Shown: one piece after another, positions 10,574 through 20,801 of the stretch | Numbering within the stretch: position 1 is the stretch's first letter | How the letters are laid out: each line of letters opens with the position of its first letter | Assembly (NCBI GenBank): GCA_000002445.1 | Contig: CH464491.1 | Span: 3,872,001-3,936,000, forward strand | Source: Trypanosoma brucei | Lineage: Eukaryota | Direction of reading: 5' to 3' | Length of the DNA stretch: 64,000 nucleotides | Position numbers and translations under genes: made by a program | The notes under the pieces: model-generated | The model's input: only the letters and a program-made list of their open reading frames with translations | Told to the model about the DNA's origin: nothing | Database searches by the model: none

Positions 10574-11326
10574 CTAGAAATGCAGAGGTAAACTTTCGGT
10601 AGGAGAGTCAGCTGGCGTCAATTCAAGTGTTCTTTCAAACCCCTTAAATACCGGTGGAGTAGCAAAATGGACATCACCCGCGGAGCGGCGCGTCGCTGAC
10701 CGCAGAGCGCTCGACCCATCTTCAGAAAACATGGTTGTTTTACCATCAGTTGCACAGCTTGGGCTCTGTAGCATCATATCCGAATAATCAGGTGTACCAC
10801 TTTGTGGGGTCCGAGCTCTAAGATAAGTGGCGTAGAGACAATCCCTTTCGGCTGGGTCGATTGGCATCACTACTCGTGGAGATACTCCACCGCTTTGGGG
10901 ACTGCAATACCGCGACTGCTGACGCTGTTGAGGTTTTCGTTGTTGCCCCGAAGTTGTGTTGCTAAATGCATTTAAACGCCCGCTTGCTGCTTTCTCTGAC
11001 TTCTTGGATTTCAAGTTTGCTCCGGTATCTTTGTCATCTGGCTGAATGAGTTGCAGTCCCTTCGGAAGTCGGGGGTCGACGCGAACCTTCAGTTGACTGC
11101 GGGTGGTGTTGTTAAACTTCGCTACAGCCTGCATTACTAGTTTAGCGTAGCACCGGTTGAACTGCTCACCATTCTGCCGATTAAGCGCTAATTCAACCAT
11201 ATCCGGTGCTATGAAGAACCGCTTCTGCAGAATAAAATTGAGTTTGTTTCGGTGACCGAACAGTTCCCCCGGGGTACGCGGCAACTTGCGAAGCCCTTCG
11301 AATAAGTCATCTTTCTTCCACTGCAT
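10574..11326 (-). CDS. hypothetical protein (about 250 aa)
   Basis: Minus-strand ORF. The ORF-track N-terminus 'MEKIKKKRKTKGKKKK' is translation of a pyrimidine tract, so the start is placed at the internal Met 'MQWKKDDLFEGL' (about 11326). No recognisable domain. Confidence 0.4.
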   Translation of the reverse strand: MQWKKDDLFEGLRKLPRTPGELFGHRNKLNFILQKRFFIAPDMVELALNRQNGEQFNRCYAKLVMQAVAKFNNTTRSQLKVRVDPRLPKGLQLIQPDDKDTGANLKSKKSEKAASGRLNAFSNTTSGQQRKPQQRQQSRYCSPQSGGVSPRVVMPIDPAERDCLYATYLRARTPQSGTPDYSDMMLQSPSCATDGKTTMFSEDGSSALRSATRRSAGDVHFATPPVFKGFERTLELTPADSPTESLPLHF

Positions 11327-12551
11327 TCCCTTTTCTTTTTTCTTTCTACTGTGCGATACCTTTTTCCTGGGTCTTTTCTTCTTCTTTCCTTTTGTTTTCC
11401 TTTTCTTTTTGATTTTCTCCACAATCCTTCGCTTACTTTCTTATTTTCCCACACGAGAGCTTTAGTTTCCGCTCCCCCTGTCAGTTTAACCCTTCTGGAT
11501 AAATTTATAAGTATCAGTTCTTTGTTTGCTTTTCCCAACGACTTTACAAGTTTCCTACACCACTAGTAAAGAAAAAAAGAAAATGCCGCCACGGTTTTAC
11601 AACTGAAGAAAGTTGAACGACACTCAGCACCTTTTGAGTTGTCCTTATTCTTTTTTCCGTACAGCGCTTCAGTGGAGATTTCTTTTCAGTTGTCTTTGTT
11701 CCCCTTGCGAGCACTTCCTAAAAACCCTGTTAGAAGTTTGTTTGTTTGTTTTGTTATGAATGGCAGGTGTCTTCGTAAATTTATTTTGGGAGCTTTTAGA
11801 AAAGCAGCTTAAAAAGAAAAAAGAACAAATGTTCCTCTTCTTTTTTCCCCCTTAAATTAAGGTCGAGGGAGCAACCAATGCGGAAAAAAGCAACAAAAAG
11901 GAAAATGTAAAGGGAAGTGAAGGCGTTTGATAATTGATTGAGTGAAGGACAGTAAAGTTTTGTGCGGGGGAAATCTCCAAAGGGGGGGGGGAAGAGGACC
12001 CCATGGTCTGATGAGAGAAACAATTAGAGGTTACAAGGGGGAAAAAGCGCATAGCGGCAGCGTTGCAAACATACGTGCACAAATACATTAGAGTATGCAA
12101 CATCAAAATAGTGCTATTTAGTTTGATTGCAGCGCATGGGCATGCACGCGGAAGCGCGACATTAGATGTTCTTCACACTAATTTACAGTGGTAACCGGTT
12201 CCAGCGTGACGGATCGGATGTGCCTGGTAGTTCGTGGACTCCGGTCAACCTGCTCGATGTGTATTTAAAAATCGCTTCGGCACCGGAATACTCCATAAAA
12301 AACGACGACAACAACAAAATAAAAAAGAAAAAAAAGGTCCCTACGGGAATCCCTCCGTTCCACAAACCGCCACACGTCACTGAATCAGAAAAACCCGCTC
12401 GCTACAATTGTGCAGACTGTGGACCTTCAGTTTCGTTGCAATTAACACAAATCTGCTTACCATGTTTTAGTGCTCGTGCATACAAAAAACACTAAATTTA
12501 TTAAGGTTTTCATTTCGTTAGTTGCCGTGTCAGCGGCACTTTAACAAGTAC

Positions 12552-14756
12552 TTAGCGCTCAAACAGGAAGACGCCTCGTCCGTCCCTTAAACTCATTGCA
12601 AATCGATCCCCTCCCTCAGAAATTGATACACAAGTGACTCTATTGGCGATGGGTTCTGGCAAGTGGGTTTGGTGAAACTGACCACACTCACTGTGCGTGG
12701 AACAATAAACCCCCAACCTGCGCGAAAAAGATGCCTGAAGTGTTTCTACCGTCACCCTACCCCCATTTTCCACTTCGCAGAGTAACGCTAACGGATCAGC
12801 ACGATAAAAGGTTAGGATTTCTTCACCACCAGGCCGTCCAGAGTGAAAGGGTTGCCATGCGGCCACAGCACCGTCATAGAGTCCAGTAATGATTGTTCCC
12901 GAAACATGATCTACTGCCGCTGAGAACCGATCAAAAATGGCGTCGCTTTCATAGAGTGAGCGTAAGTACGGTTCTACGTAAGGCATAAGACGGACCATGT
13001 CGCACGGTTCTGAGGTGCGGCGCAGGTCCCACAGCTTGAGGGAAAAGTAATCACGCGTTACGATGTGATCAGTACCTATAAAACCGGCGGCTGAAACACT
13101 ACATAATATTTCGCCGTAGTCTTGTAAGCGAGAGTTCCATCCTGCTCCAGCCCTCCCTCGCACATATGTACTGTAGCGACGTTGTGCGCCAGTCGCTGCC
13201 TCGCGCAAATCGCCGATGCCGAGGAACCCCGAGTTCCGACCAACGAAAAATAGGGAGTTGTGGGTTGGGTGAAACCCGGCCGTCGTGACCAACTCCACTA
13301 CGTCGTCCATGTTTCCAGAAGGTGGACGCATGTCTGCGATGCGCGATCCGTTAGAGCCGTCTGCGCACTCAAAGTTCCACCAGAACACTTCAAGATCATC
13401 CACGCTCAGAAAAGATTGATCATCAGCACAAACACTAAGACCATGTATTCGGTTGATGTGATTTCCCGAATAAACGCGTGCGGGAAGTATCAGAGACGGC
13501 AGTGTTGCGCAAGGAAAGTATTTTGTCTTGGAAAGTTCTGGTCCGACAATGGACTCCATCTCCGGAAAGGCATGGAACATTGAAAGTCCTTCACGCTGCA
13601 CCCGAAACAGCTTAATAACTCGGTCGTTTGAAGTCAAATAGCTCACCGTGCTTGGGGACAGATGGGGTCTAAGAAACTGAAAGCAGTTCACAGACTGCGA
13701 TATTGGAACCGAAGTTAAGCAATCCAACTCCTCGACATATGCCTGATGCGTGTGTTTTCGCACCGACTGTTGCTGGAATCCGAATGTGTCAAGCTGCTGA
13801 CGGGGAGAAACCGAAGGAATGGAAGTCGAAATACTCGAAACATCCATGTCGGTGCGACACTGGCTTGCTGTGGTGACAACAGATTCACTCTTCCTTTGGC
13901 TGGAAAGTGATGGTCGTGAGAGTTTTGCATCTCCTACAGGTATTTCACAGTAGTTCACTCGTCCATTGGCATCCCCGACTCCGATCGCAATAAGTGAGGA
14001 ACCGGTTGCAAAATTTGGTAGCACTGACAATGCCATGCTGTTCACTCTCGAGGGGATTGTATTCGCCACCTTTCTAAGAACGCTGCGCATGCCTCCTGCA
14101 TCTCCACTGTTGGTCACCATGAAATCTCCTATGGCTTCCAACTCGGCGCTATCAGTCGCTTCGGGTTTATGTGAACAAGGACCCCATCTGGGCATAACGT
14201 CATGTGTACTAAACGGATGGCAAAGCTTCTGAAATAGTTTGAATCCATTCCCACCACCACGACTCAAGTAAGAGGAGTTGTTATCCGAATCAGCAACATC
14301 TTTTGACCACTCGGGGGATTCAACATTTCTACCACTACTTCCGCTGGCAGTAGCAGTAACAGCAGCAGTGCCCTTGGTAGGCAACTTTCCTTCTCGATTA
14401 GAACCACCATCTCTGCGCGCGCCTCGCTTTCCCCTATTATTGTGATGACGCGGACGGTCCTTTCTAAGCTTTGTTTCCACACCTTTTGGTTCGTTTAGCC
14501 CAGTTACTTCGTTCTCCTGCACTTGCGACTTGTATAGGGAGCAACTCTCAAGGCATTTCCCCCCTCGTTTACGTTGCAGTTGCTCGTCTCGCACTCGGGA
14601 TTGGCGGTCGGACTTCGGCAGGTGCGAGCGGTGAGGCACTTCACTTTCCGCCCGCGAGCCACGGCAGGATAATGTCTCTGCACTACTTTCCATAGAACAG
14701 CATGGCGAGGGGGAAGGTGAGGGCGAGTGGTTGCCGTCCTGATCAGACATGATCAC
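12552..14756 (-). CDS. protein phosphatase 2A regulatory subunit B (B55/PR55 family) with N-terminal extension
   Basis: The C-terminal ~500 aa align with B55: 'DDLEVFWWNFE' (cf. 'DDLRINLWHLE'), 'TTAGFHPTHNSLFFVGRNSG' (cf. 'TAAEFHPNSCNTFVYSSSKG'), 'TRDYFSLKLWDLRRTSEP' (cf. 'TRDYLSVKIWDLNMENRP') and 'YLRSLYESDAIFDRF' (cf. 'YLRSKLCSLYENDCIFDKF'). The first ~230 aa form a Ser-rich extension. Confidence 0.85.
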   Translation of the reverse strand: MIMSDQDGNHSPSPSPSPCCSMESSAETLSCRGSRAESEVPHRSHLPKSDRQSRVRDEQLQRKRGGKCLESCSLYKSQVQENEVTGLNEPKGVETKLRKDRPRHHNNRGKRGARRDGGSNREGKLPTKGTAAVTATASGSSGRNVESPEWSKDVADSDNNSSYLSRGGGNGFKLFQKLCHPFSTHDVMPRWGPCSHKPEATDSAELEAIGDFMVTNSGDAGGMRSVLRKVANTIPSRVNSMALSVLPNFATGSSLIAIGVGDANGRVNYCEIPVGDAKLSRPSLSSQRKSESVVTTASQCRTDMDVSSISTSIPSVSPRQQLDTFGFQQQSVRKHTHQAYVEELDCLTSVPISQSVNCFQFLRPHLSPSTVSYLTSNDRVIKLFRVQREGLSMFHAFPEMESIVGPELSKTKYFPCATLPSLILPARVYSGNHINRIHGLSVCADDQSFLSVDDLEVFWWNFECADGSNGSRIADMRPPSGNMDDVVELVTTAGFHPTHNSLFFVGRNSGFLGIGDLREAATGAQRRYSTYVRGRAGAGWNSRLQDYGEILCSVSAAGFIGTDHIVTRDYFSLKLWDLRRTSEPCDMVRLMPYVEPYLRSLYESDAIFDRFSAAVDHVSGTIITGLYDGAVAAWQPFHSGRPGGEEILTFYRADPLALLCEVENGGRVTVETLQASFSRRLGVYCSTHSECGQFHQTHLPEPIANRVTCVSISEGGDRFAMSLRDGRGVFLFER

Positions 14757-15422
14757 GCTGGGAATTCGATGAAATAAGCTTCGCGACCAAAAAACAAGTT
14801 CCCCCCTTTTGGAACGCGATGACGTTCAACCAGCGCGGAGTCCTTGTAAAAGGAGACAAAACTGGAAAGGGGGAAGAAAGGAATAATCAACGATTAAACT
14901 AAAGATAAACAAATGTTGCTTTCTAGGCAAGTTCAAAAGAAAGAAAACGTTGAAGAAAGTGTGAATGACAGGGGAACAACACAAAAAAAAAAGAAAGCGT
15001 TCTGAGGAGGGAGCGAATGTATGTGACGGTTGTGGTCCTGATTTACTTTTTTTAAGCATTAGTTACAGCTAAGGGGATGCGTGCAAATCGTGGTCTTCGT
15101 ACGACCTACGCGCGCAGCTGGTTGGAAAAGAGAGAAGAGAAAACGGTATGAAAAACGTTGTAGAACCCACAGTCACAAACACATATTCACATGTGTATAT
15201 ACTACAACCTGGAACCGAGAAGTACAAGGGGGATGAGATTTGCAAAAAATAAATAAATAGGCCTTCTCGTGAGAAACAGCAAAGATACGTCTATGGATGT
15301 AACTTTATATATAAAAAAGGAGACAAAATATTTCGATGATTCTATACCGTTATCTATGGATGTGCACAAATTTGTGTATGTGTCAGTATGTGTATTTTTA
15401 TATACAAAGATGGGTTTGTCAA

Positions 15423-17360
15423 TTAGTTTGCGCACTGTTGGCGCACAAGTGCAAAGCTCGACGCCATTCTTCTAATATATGCCGGCGTTCGTGATATCTT
15501 TGGACGAAAGGTGGCTTGTTCAGCCATTTCTCGCTCCTTCTCACGTTCTTTTTGCTCCCTCATTTCCGCCAATCTCTCTTTCTGTCGTTTTAGATTCTCC
15601 GTGTATGCTACGAGGTGTTTGCTACTCAAGTAAGACTCCACGTTCCGGTTCCGCTCATCGTTGAGTGTTGGTTTAAATGGGTGCTTCATCTCCGCTGAGC
15701 GCGCCTTCTCCTGTGCAGCCTTTATTGAATTCCTTCGACGCACGCTATCAAGAAACAACACCTCAACACCAGAAGGTTTTGCACCACTAGAACCAGGAGC
15801 TGTTTCTGGTTTAAATGTGCACGGGTCAACATAAGGGGAACGGTGCTTTTTCACTGCCGCCGCGAGCGTAGGAGCGCTTTTCACGTTCCCAACTTCAGAT
15901 TCATTTCTCGCAAGTAGCCTCTTCGCGATCCGCACGCTGGTGTTAGTGATCTGCGGTTTGAACGATGGACGCTGAGACTCCTCAATTTGTCGCACAGTGC
16001 GTGTGCGGTTTGCTAAATGCTTGTCCTGGCGTAGCAAAAAACTATCGAAGCTCGCGCCCCTACTACTACCGCTGTCGTGATGACCTCCATTATACGAAGT
16101 TGTGCGGTTGAATGTGTTTTCATGCCTTACAGTCATAAGTTTACGCGCTAAAGGGGATTGATATTTTGTGTCGACGAATGCAGCTTTTTGTTCGTCTTTT
16201 GAGCCCAGTATATTAAACATAAACAATTCGAACGAATCCGCGCCTCCCTTTGTCGACGTCGCACCTCCATACATTTCACGCAACTGATCTTTTTCAGCTA
16301 GCAGAAGTTCCCGTACGCTACTGTTGTTGCCACCTTCCGAGCGTTTTCCCGCGAAGTTACGTTGGTACAACCGCTGAAAAACGCTGTCTCTGCTTTGCGA
16401 GCTTTTCTGAAACATGGAAACTGATGCGCGGGACAGTTGTGGGCGAAAGGTACATTCCTGTAGTTCTTTTGCCTCCCATTTCTCTTTAGTGCGCTGCCGG
16501 CGCTCCATGAGTGAATCCCCTCGGTGCTGTAGTGACGATGAACCTCCCCCGTGTTCCTCATCCGAGTCAAACACGTCAGAAACTTCTATGGTCGTTTCGT
16601 CTCGCATCAAATATTCGTTCCAACGAGTGGCTGCACGTGTAAGTGCCCCATTTTTACCAGATAAAGAGGCAGCCTCCGGTAGATTTTTTTCCCTTTTTGG
16701 CGTCATCACAAACGCTATCTGACTGCCATCTTCATGTGACCGAGAAATGCGTTCCATCTCCTGATTCTGATCTCGCCCCTCTTCCTCTTCCATTTCACCA
16801 TAAACATTCCGGAATTGTCGAAGGAATGAAGGATCCGTTCGCCCTATGCGCTCCAACTCTATGTTGAGTTGCTCAACATCCATGTGAAGAGAATCCGACC
16901 ACTTTGTCTCATTCACTCGTGCACTCCCTTTGTGAAGAGAAGTTTCGTCCAATGACGGCTCCTCCCTTTTCCTTACCGGAGAACCCTTTCCCAGCTTCCG
17001 CACTTGCACCTGACGCGATTGCTCGGTAGGATAGATGTAATGCCCGGCGCTCGTGCCATGAAATGTGTCAAACCTGCTGCCACCTTGGGAACATATCTCA
17101 CTGGCAGTTTCTGTAATTCCTTGATTGCCATAACTCCACGTGTGTTCGTTGAATTCGTCGAAACCCGATTGCTCACTCCAACTGCTGTCACTGCGCGTAG
17201 GTTCCTTGTACTGCCCCTCTGCCTTAATCCGAAGGTATGTATCCAGTAAACTGTCATCTTCGTAGTCACTCATGGTTCCCTCTGATCGTGCAGTCAGCTC
17301 ACGCTGCCTCTCAAGTGCGGCAACCGCCTCCATGATCAAGTTTTCGCGGTCCGCAAACAT
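15423..17360 (-). CDS. hypothetical protein with C-terminal coiled-coil/Glu-Lys-rich region (about 645 aa)
   Basis: Long minus-strand ORF. The start is moved to the internal Met 'MFADRENLIM' at 17360, because the upstream 'MCVCVFPSKEK' is a translated CA-repeat/polyY tract. C-terminus 'KRQKERLAEMREQKEREKEREMAEQ'. Confidence 0.5.
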   Translation of the reverse strand: MFADRENLIMEAVAALERQRELTARSEGTMSDYEDDSLLDTYLRIKAEGQYKEPTRSDSSWSEQSGFDEFNEHTWSYGNQGITETASEICSQGGSRFDTFHGTSAGHYIYPTEQSRQVQVRKLGKGSPVRKREEPSLDETSLHKGSARVNETKWSDSLHMDVEQLNIELERIGRTDPSFLRQFRNVYGEMEEEEGRDQNQEMERISRSHEDGSQIAFVMTPKREKNLPEAASLSGKNGALTRAATRWNEYLMRDETTIEVSDVFDSDEEHGGGSSSLQHRGDSLMERRQRTKEKWEAKELQECTFRPQLSRASVSMFQKSSQSRDSVFQRLYQRNFAGKRSEGGNNSSVRELLLAEKDQLREMYGGATSTKGGADSFELFMFNILGSKDEQKAAFVDTKYQSPLARKLMTVRHENTFNRTTSYNGGHHDSGSSRGASFDSFLLRQDKHLANRTRTVRQIEESQRPSFKPQITNTSVRIAKRLLARNESEVGNVKSAPTLAAAVKKHRSPYVDPCTFKPETAPGSSGAKPSGVEVLFLDSVRRRNSIKAAQEKARSAEMKHPFKPTLNDERNRNVESYLSSKHLVAYTENLKRQKERLAEMREQKEREKEREMAEQATFRPKISRTPAYIRRMASSFALVRQQCAN

Positions 17361-17379
17361 CACTAGGAGCGATCTCTTT

Positions 17380-17445
17380 TCCTTAGAGGGGAAAACACAC
17401 ACACACAAAAAAAAAGTAAACTGGAAGGGGAGGATAAAATGCGGG
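17380..17445 (-). promoter_or_regulatory. polypyrimidine tract plus AG upstream of the 15423..17360 gene; candidate SL trans-splice acceptor
   Basis: + strand 'acacacacacaaaaaaaaagtaaactggaaggggaggataaaatg' is a CA/polyY run on the minus strand, directly upstream of the inferred ATG. Confidence 0.35.
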
Positions 17446-17683
17446 TGTAACGAAGCTCTTTTCCCCCTTTTAAAGAGACATAACAGACAACTTACAGTTG
17501 CAATGAGGAAACGATGCTTAACTGCTCAACGTCCCAAGCGGACATCAATGCATGAAGGCAGCACAAAATATGCAATACTACAGACCTTATTATAGTAATC
17601 CTTTCAGCTCCTCCAGGAGGTAAAAGGTAACTGAAACATCCAACAAAGTTTAGTATTGCTGTTATTTTTTTTTTAAGTTTATC

Positions 17684-18568
17684 CTACAGGTTCACAATAC
17701 CGTTTAACTTATGGGCGTTGCGGCAGTGGGTTTCTTCACAACTTTTCATATATGCCTCAAACTGGTGACGAGCTTCAGCGGACAGTGACTTCTTTTTCAT
17801 CTCCCTTTCTCCGTTGTTGAGCTTTAAAAAGTATCCTGTGTAAAGCTCCACAAAATCGTATGGAAAGCCGAGCTCTTCCTCATCGGTTTGTCCATCCCAC
17901 AAATCAGCCGAGGGAGCGGCTTGGAGAGTATTTTCTGGTACACCAAGCTCACGCGCGACCTTAAAGACTTCACTTTTGTGCAGGTCTGATATGAGTTGCA
18001 CATCCACAACACCATCACCCGCTTTGCAAAAGTAACCAAGGTAGCCATCCTCGTCCATGTTGCCTGTGCCCATTACAATGGTCGGTGTTCCACTCTGGCT
18101 ACATAGTTGAGCTACATAATACCCGACAGGGGCACGCATGTAGCTGCGCAACTGTCCCCTCGCAAAGTCCTTGCCGTCAATGCCAACAGCGGCTTCAACA
18201 CTCAGCGACAACTGCCTATGAATATCGGTTTGGTCCACTACAACCTCCTCCGCACCGGCAGCACGAATGTTCTCACGACCACGTTCAAGTGCCCACGCGC
18301 TACTGCATATCGGTTGGCAGATGCCAACATTTCTCACGATCGGACTACCTTCCATGCGCTGGGCTCGCGAGCACAGCGACAACACAACGGCAGAATCCAC
18401 ACCACCAGAAACATTTGTTACACAACCTCGTAGCTTATTGTTCCGCATGTATTCGTTCAGTTTGGTGCATTTTTCTTCAATCCATGCAATAGGGTTGAAT
18501 GCGCGATGCCTTCGGTATTCCTCCAACCACTCACGTAACTCAGCATGAAGAATGGGCTCCTTCGGCAT
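17684..18568 (-). CDS. nadE: NH3-dependent NAD+ synthetase (NadE-type, single domain)
   Basis: 294 aa. PP-loop 'NVSGGVDSAVVLSLC' (SGGxDS), 'GTGNMDEDGYLGYFCKAGDG' (cf. E. coli NadE '[20 protein letters not shown]') and 'APSADLWDGQTDEEELGFPYDFVELY' (cf. '[29 protein letters not shown]'). There is no glutaminase/nitrilase domain. Confidence 0.88.
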   Translation of the reverse strand: MPKEPILHAELREWLEEYRRHRAFNPIAWIEEKCTKLNEYMRNNKLRGCVTNVSGGVDSAVVLSLCSRAQRMEGSPIVRNVGICQPICSSAWALERGRENIRAAGAEEVVVDQTDIHRQLSLSVEAAVGIDGKDFARGQLRSYMRAPVGYYVAQLCSQSGTPTIVMGTGNMDEDGYLGYFCKAGDGVVDVQLISDLHKSEVFKVARELGVPENTLQAAPSADLWDGQTDEEELGFPYDFVELYTGYFLKLNNGEREMKKKSLSAEARHQFEAYMKSCEETHCRNAHKLNGIVNL

Positions 18569-19685
18569 TGCGTGGCGATATGATACTTCACACCTCTCTT
18601 CGTTTAACAGTTATTTGTTGGTTTTGCTTGTGCTACTGAATCTCCGATGGAGATGCTATATGCTGTTGCACAGAGTTAACTGCGAATTACTCACTTGATA
18701 TAATAATTATCTTTAAAACGCTCTAGTGAGACCAAAATCGGAATAAATGGTTCGAAAAAGAGGGAAACATGTTACCACGAGCAAATGAAATGATGACAAA
18801 ACAGTCCTGAGGTAGTGGAGAACAGGGATTAGTACTGAGAGCAGGAAGAAGGAACAAAGTAACAATAAACAGGGGGAAAAGAAGAAAAATCGCGTGATAA
18901 GAACCAAACACAAGGCCCCATGTAATACATCTACTATATGAACTCAGTGCCGGGTACCCAAGACGAGAACACCACCAATGAACGTTCACGAATATATTTA
19001 CCCATGTGTGTATTTGTGTGTGTGCCCAGTTGTAAACGTAACGCTTCTCACTTCTTCCTTTCTACCGCAGTATCACCTTCTTAACCTCTTCTCCGCTCGC
19101 ACGTATACAAGCGAACCTGCCCAACTCTTGTCAGTGTATAAATACATTGATAGTGGTTTACATTTTCTACCCTCAGCAACAAATAAACATAACAGCCAGA
19201 GTAATAATCAATGAAGACCAGCGAAGGGGGAAGTAAAGTGGAGCAACAGAAACACGAAAGGGGAAATGAGTGCCCCCTGCAGTCCACTTAACAACAATGT
19301 TGACTTCCTTTCTTCGCTGCACGCCTACATACATCACACACACAGGCAAACAACTTTCCCTCTACTATTTGCCCAACACAATTATTGATCTCTACACCCT
19401 CCCTTTGGGAATTGCAAACAGAAAAAAATCGCCTCAGCGGGACTAATGGCCAACGACAAACGTCGTGTTAACGGCATGCCAGTAGCGGTAAACAAAATAA
19501 AAGGCGTCTGTTTCACGTGGCCACCCGCCGACTGGCGTAAGACGGGGGGCCGCGGTTAGTGCACACTGTTTGCTGTTGTCTCCCACACGCATGATATTAC
19601 TCGAGCTGTGTGAAAAAAAAAAGAAGACATCGTCCCTCCGCGAGGGAAATTTCTTTCACGAGGGGATGTAACCCGACAACCATGG

Positions 19686-20801
19686 CTACTCCTGAGCCTC
19701 CGCATTTTCTTCAGCAGGAGCATCACCCGCCGCCTCCTCTGGAGCATCTTGTGCAACCTCCTCCTGTGGTTCCTCAACGGGCTGTTCGGTAGCTTCCTCA
19801 GCAGGTTGCTCAGCCGGTTCCTCAACTGGTTGCGAAACTTCCTCAGCAGGTTGCTCCACCGGGTACGATGTTTCCTCCGCGAGTTCCTCAGTTTGCTGTG
19901 GTTCCTCTGCAGGCACCTCAGCCGGTTGTGAAGCTTCTTCCAGAGGTTCCTCAACGGGCTGTTCGGTAGCTTCCTCCACGGGTTGCTCAGCCGGCTCCTC
20001 AACTGGTTGCGAAACCTCCTCAGCAGGTTGCTCAGCCGGCTCCTCAGCTGGTTGCGAAACCTCCTCAGCAGGTTGCTCCACCGGGTACGATGTTTCCTCC
20101 GCGAGTTCCTCAGTTTGCTGTGGTTCCTCTGCAGGCACCTCAGCCGGTTGTGAAGCTTCCTCCGCAGGTTGCTCGGTTTCCTCCTCAGGTTTATCAGCTG
20201 GTTCTGGGGCCTGCTCCGCGGGTTGCTCAACTGGGTATGGATCCTCCTCTTTCTTGGGGCTCTTGAGGGCCTCTTGAATTGGTTTAGTAGAGTAGATTGA
20301 CGGCGTTATATCACATGTTGCACCCACTGGAGGAGCAGCGCTTCGAGAACCACTGACGCCAGTATAACCGATAGCCTTCACTTCGTCCGCACCAGTGCCC
20401 TTGGCTCCTTCTGTCCCTCTCTTCGTTCGGAAGCTGCTTATCAGACCTTGTTTGTAACTTGCCGCCTCTGACATGTCCCGCGTGCGCTGATCCCGCTTGT
20501 ACTCCTCCATAAACCTCTCTTGCCATTGAATTCCCTCCATGACAAGGTCCCGACGCTCAGTGTTGGATCTACGGCGCTCCTCAATGTACGCACGGAGCAC
20601 CTCCTCCTTCACCACTTCTTCCGACTCCGTTTCCTTCAGGTCGGACATGTTCACGAGCTCTGCGTGTCGCACCCACGTATCATCATTGATACAGCTTAAG
20701 TAGTCGCGGATAACCACATCATCGGGAACTAACGATTTGTGTGTCTTGTCCTCATCCACATAGAGCTGAGCAAGAGCAGTAGATGTGGGGTCAGCAGACA
20801 T
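19686..20801 (-). CDS. acidic tandem-repeat protein (EQPAEE/PVEEP repeats), function unknown
   Basis: 371 aa with a non-repetitive N-terminal ~190 aa, followed by Glu/Pro/Ala/Gln-rich 18-aa-type repeats ('EQPAEEVSQPVEEPAEQP', 'EVPAEEPQQTEELAEETSYPV'). The DNA shows a higher-order duplication of about 231 bp (19861-19938 is near-identical to 20092-20169). Confidence 0.6.
   Translation of the reverse strand: MSADPTSTALAQLYVDEDKTHKSLVPDDVVIRDYLSCINDDTWVRHAELVNMSDLKETESEEVVKEEVLRAYIEERRRSNTERRDLVMEGIQWQERFMEEYKRDQRTRDMSEAASYKQGLISSFRTKRGTEGAKGTGADEVKAIGYTGVSGSRSAAPPVGATCDITPSIYSTKPIQEALKSPKKEEDPYPVEQPAEQAPEPADKPEEETEQPAEEASQPAEVPAEEPQQTEELAEETSYPVEQPAEEVSQPAEEPAEQPAEEVSQPVEEPAEQPVEEATEQPVEEPLEEASQPAEVPAEEPQQTEELAEETSYPVEQPAEEVSQPVEEPAEQPAEEATEQPVEEPQEEVAQDAPEEAAGDAPAEENAEAQE
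19750..20230. repeat. coding tandem repeat array (54-bp subunits, about 177/231-bp higher-order units)
   Basis: Near-identical blocks recur at offsets of about 177 and 231 bp, e.g. 'gggtacgatgtttcctccgcgagttcctcagtttgctgtggttcctctgcaggcacctcagccggttgtgaagcttc' at 19861 and 20092. Confidence 0.85.

Noticed and set aside
11327-11422. Lys-rich N-terminal extension 'MEKIKKKRKTKGKKKKRPRKK' of the 10574..11422 ORF
   Set aside because: It is a translation of a polypyrimidine (trans-splice acceptor-like) tract. The real start is probably the internal Met.
12166-12495. 109-aa plus-strand ORF in an intergenic region
   Set aside because: Wrong strand relative to all neighbours, it contains a poly-Lys run from an A-tract, and it has no motif.
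19556-20230. 224-aa Arg/Leu/Asn-rich minus-strand ORF
   Set aside because: Alternate reading frame of the EQPAEE tandem-repeat array. Its repetitive low-complexity translation is an artefact of the repeat.
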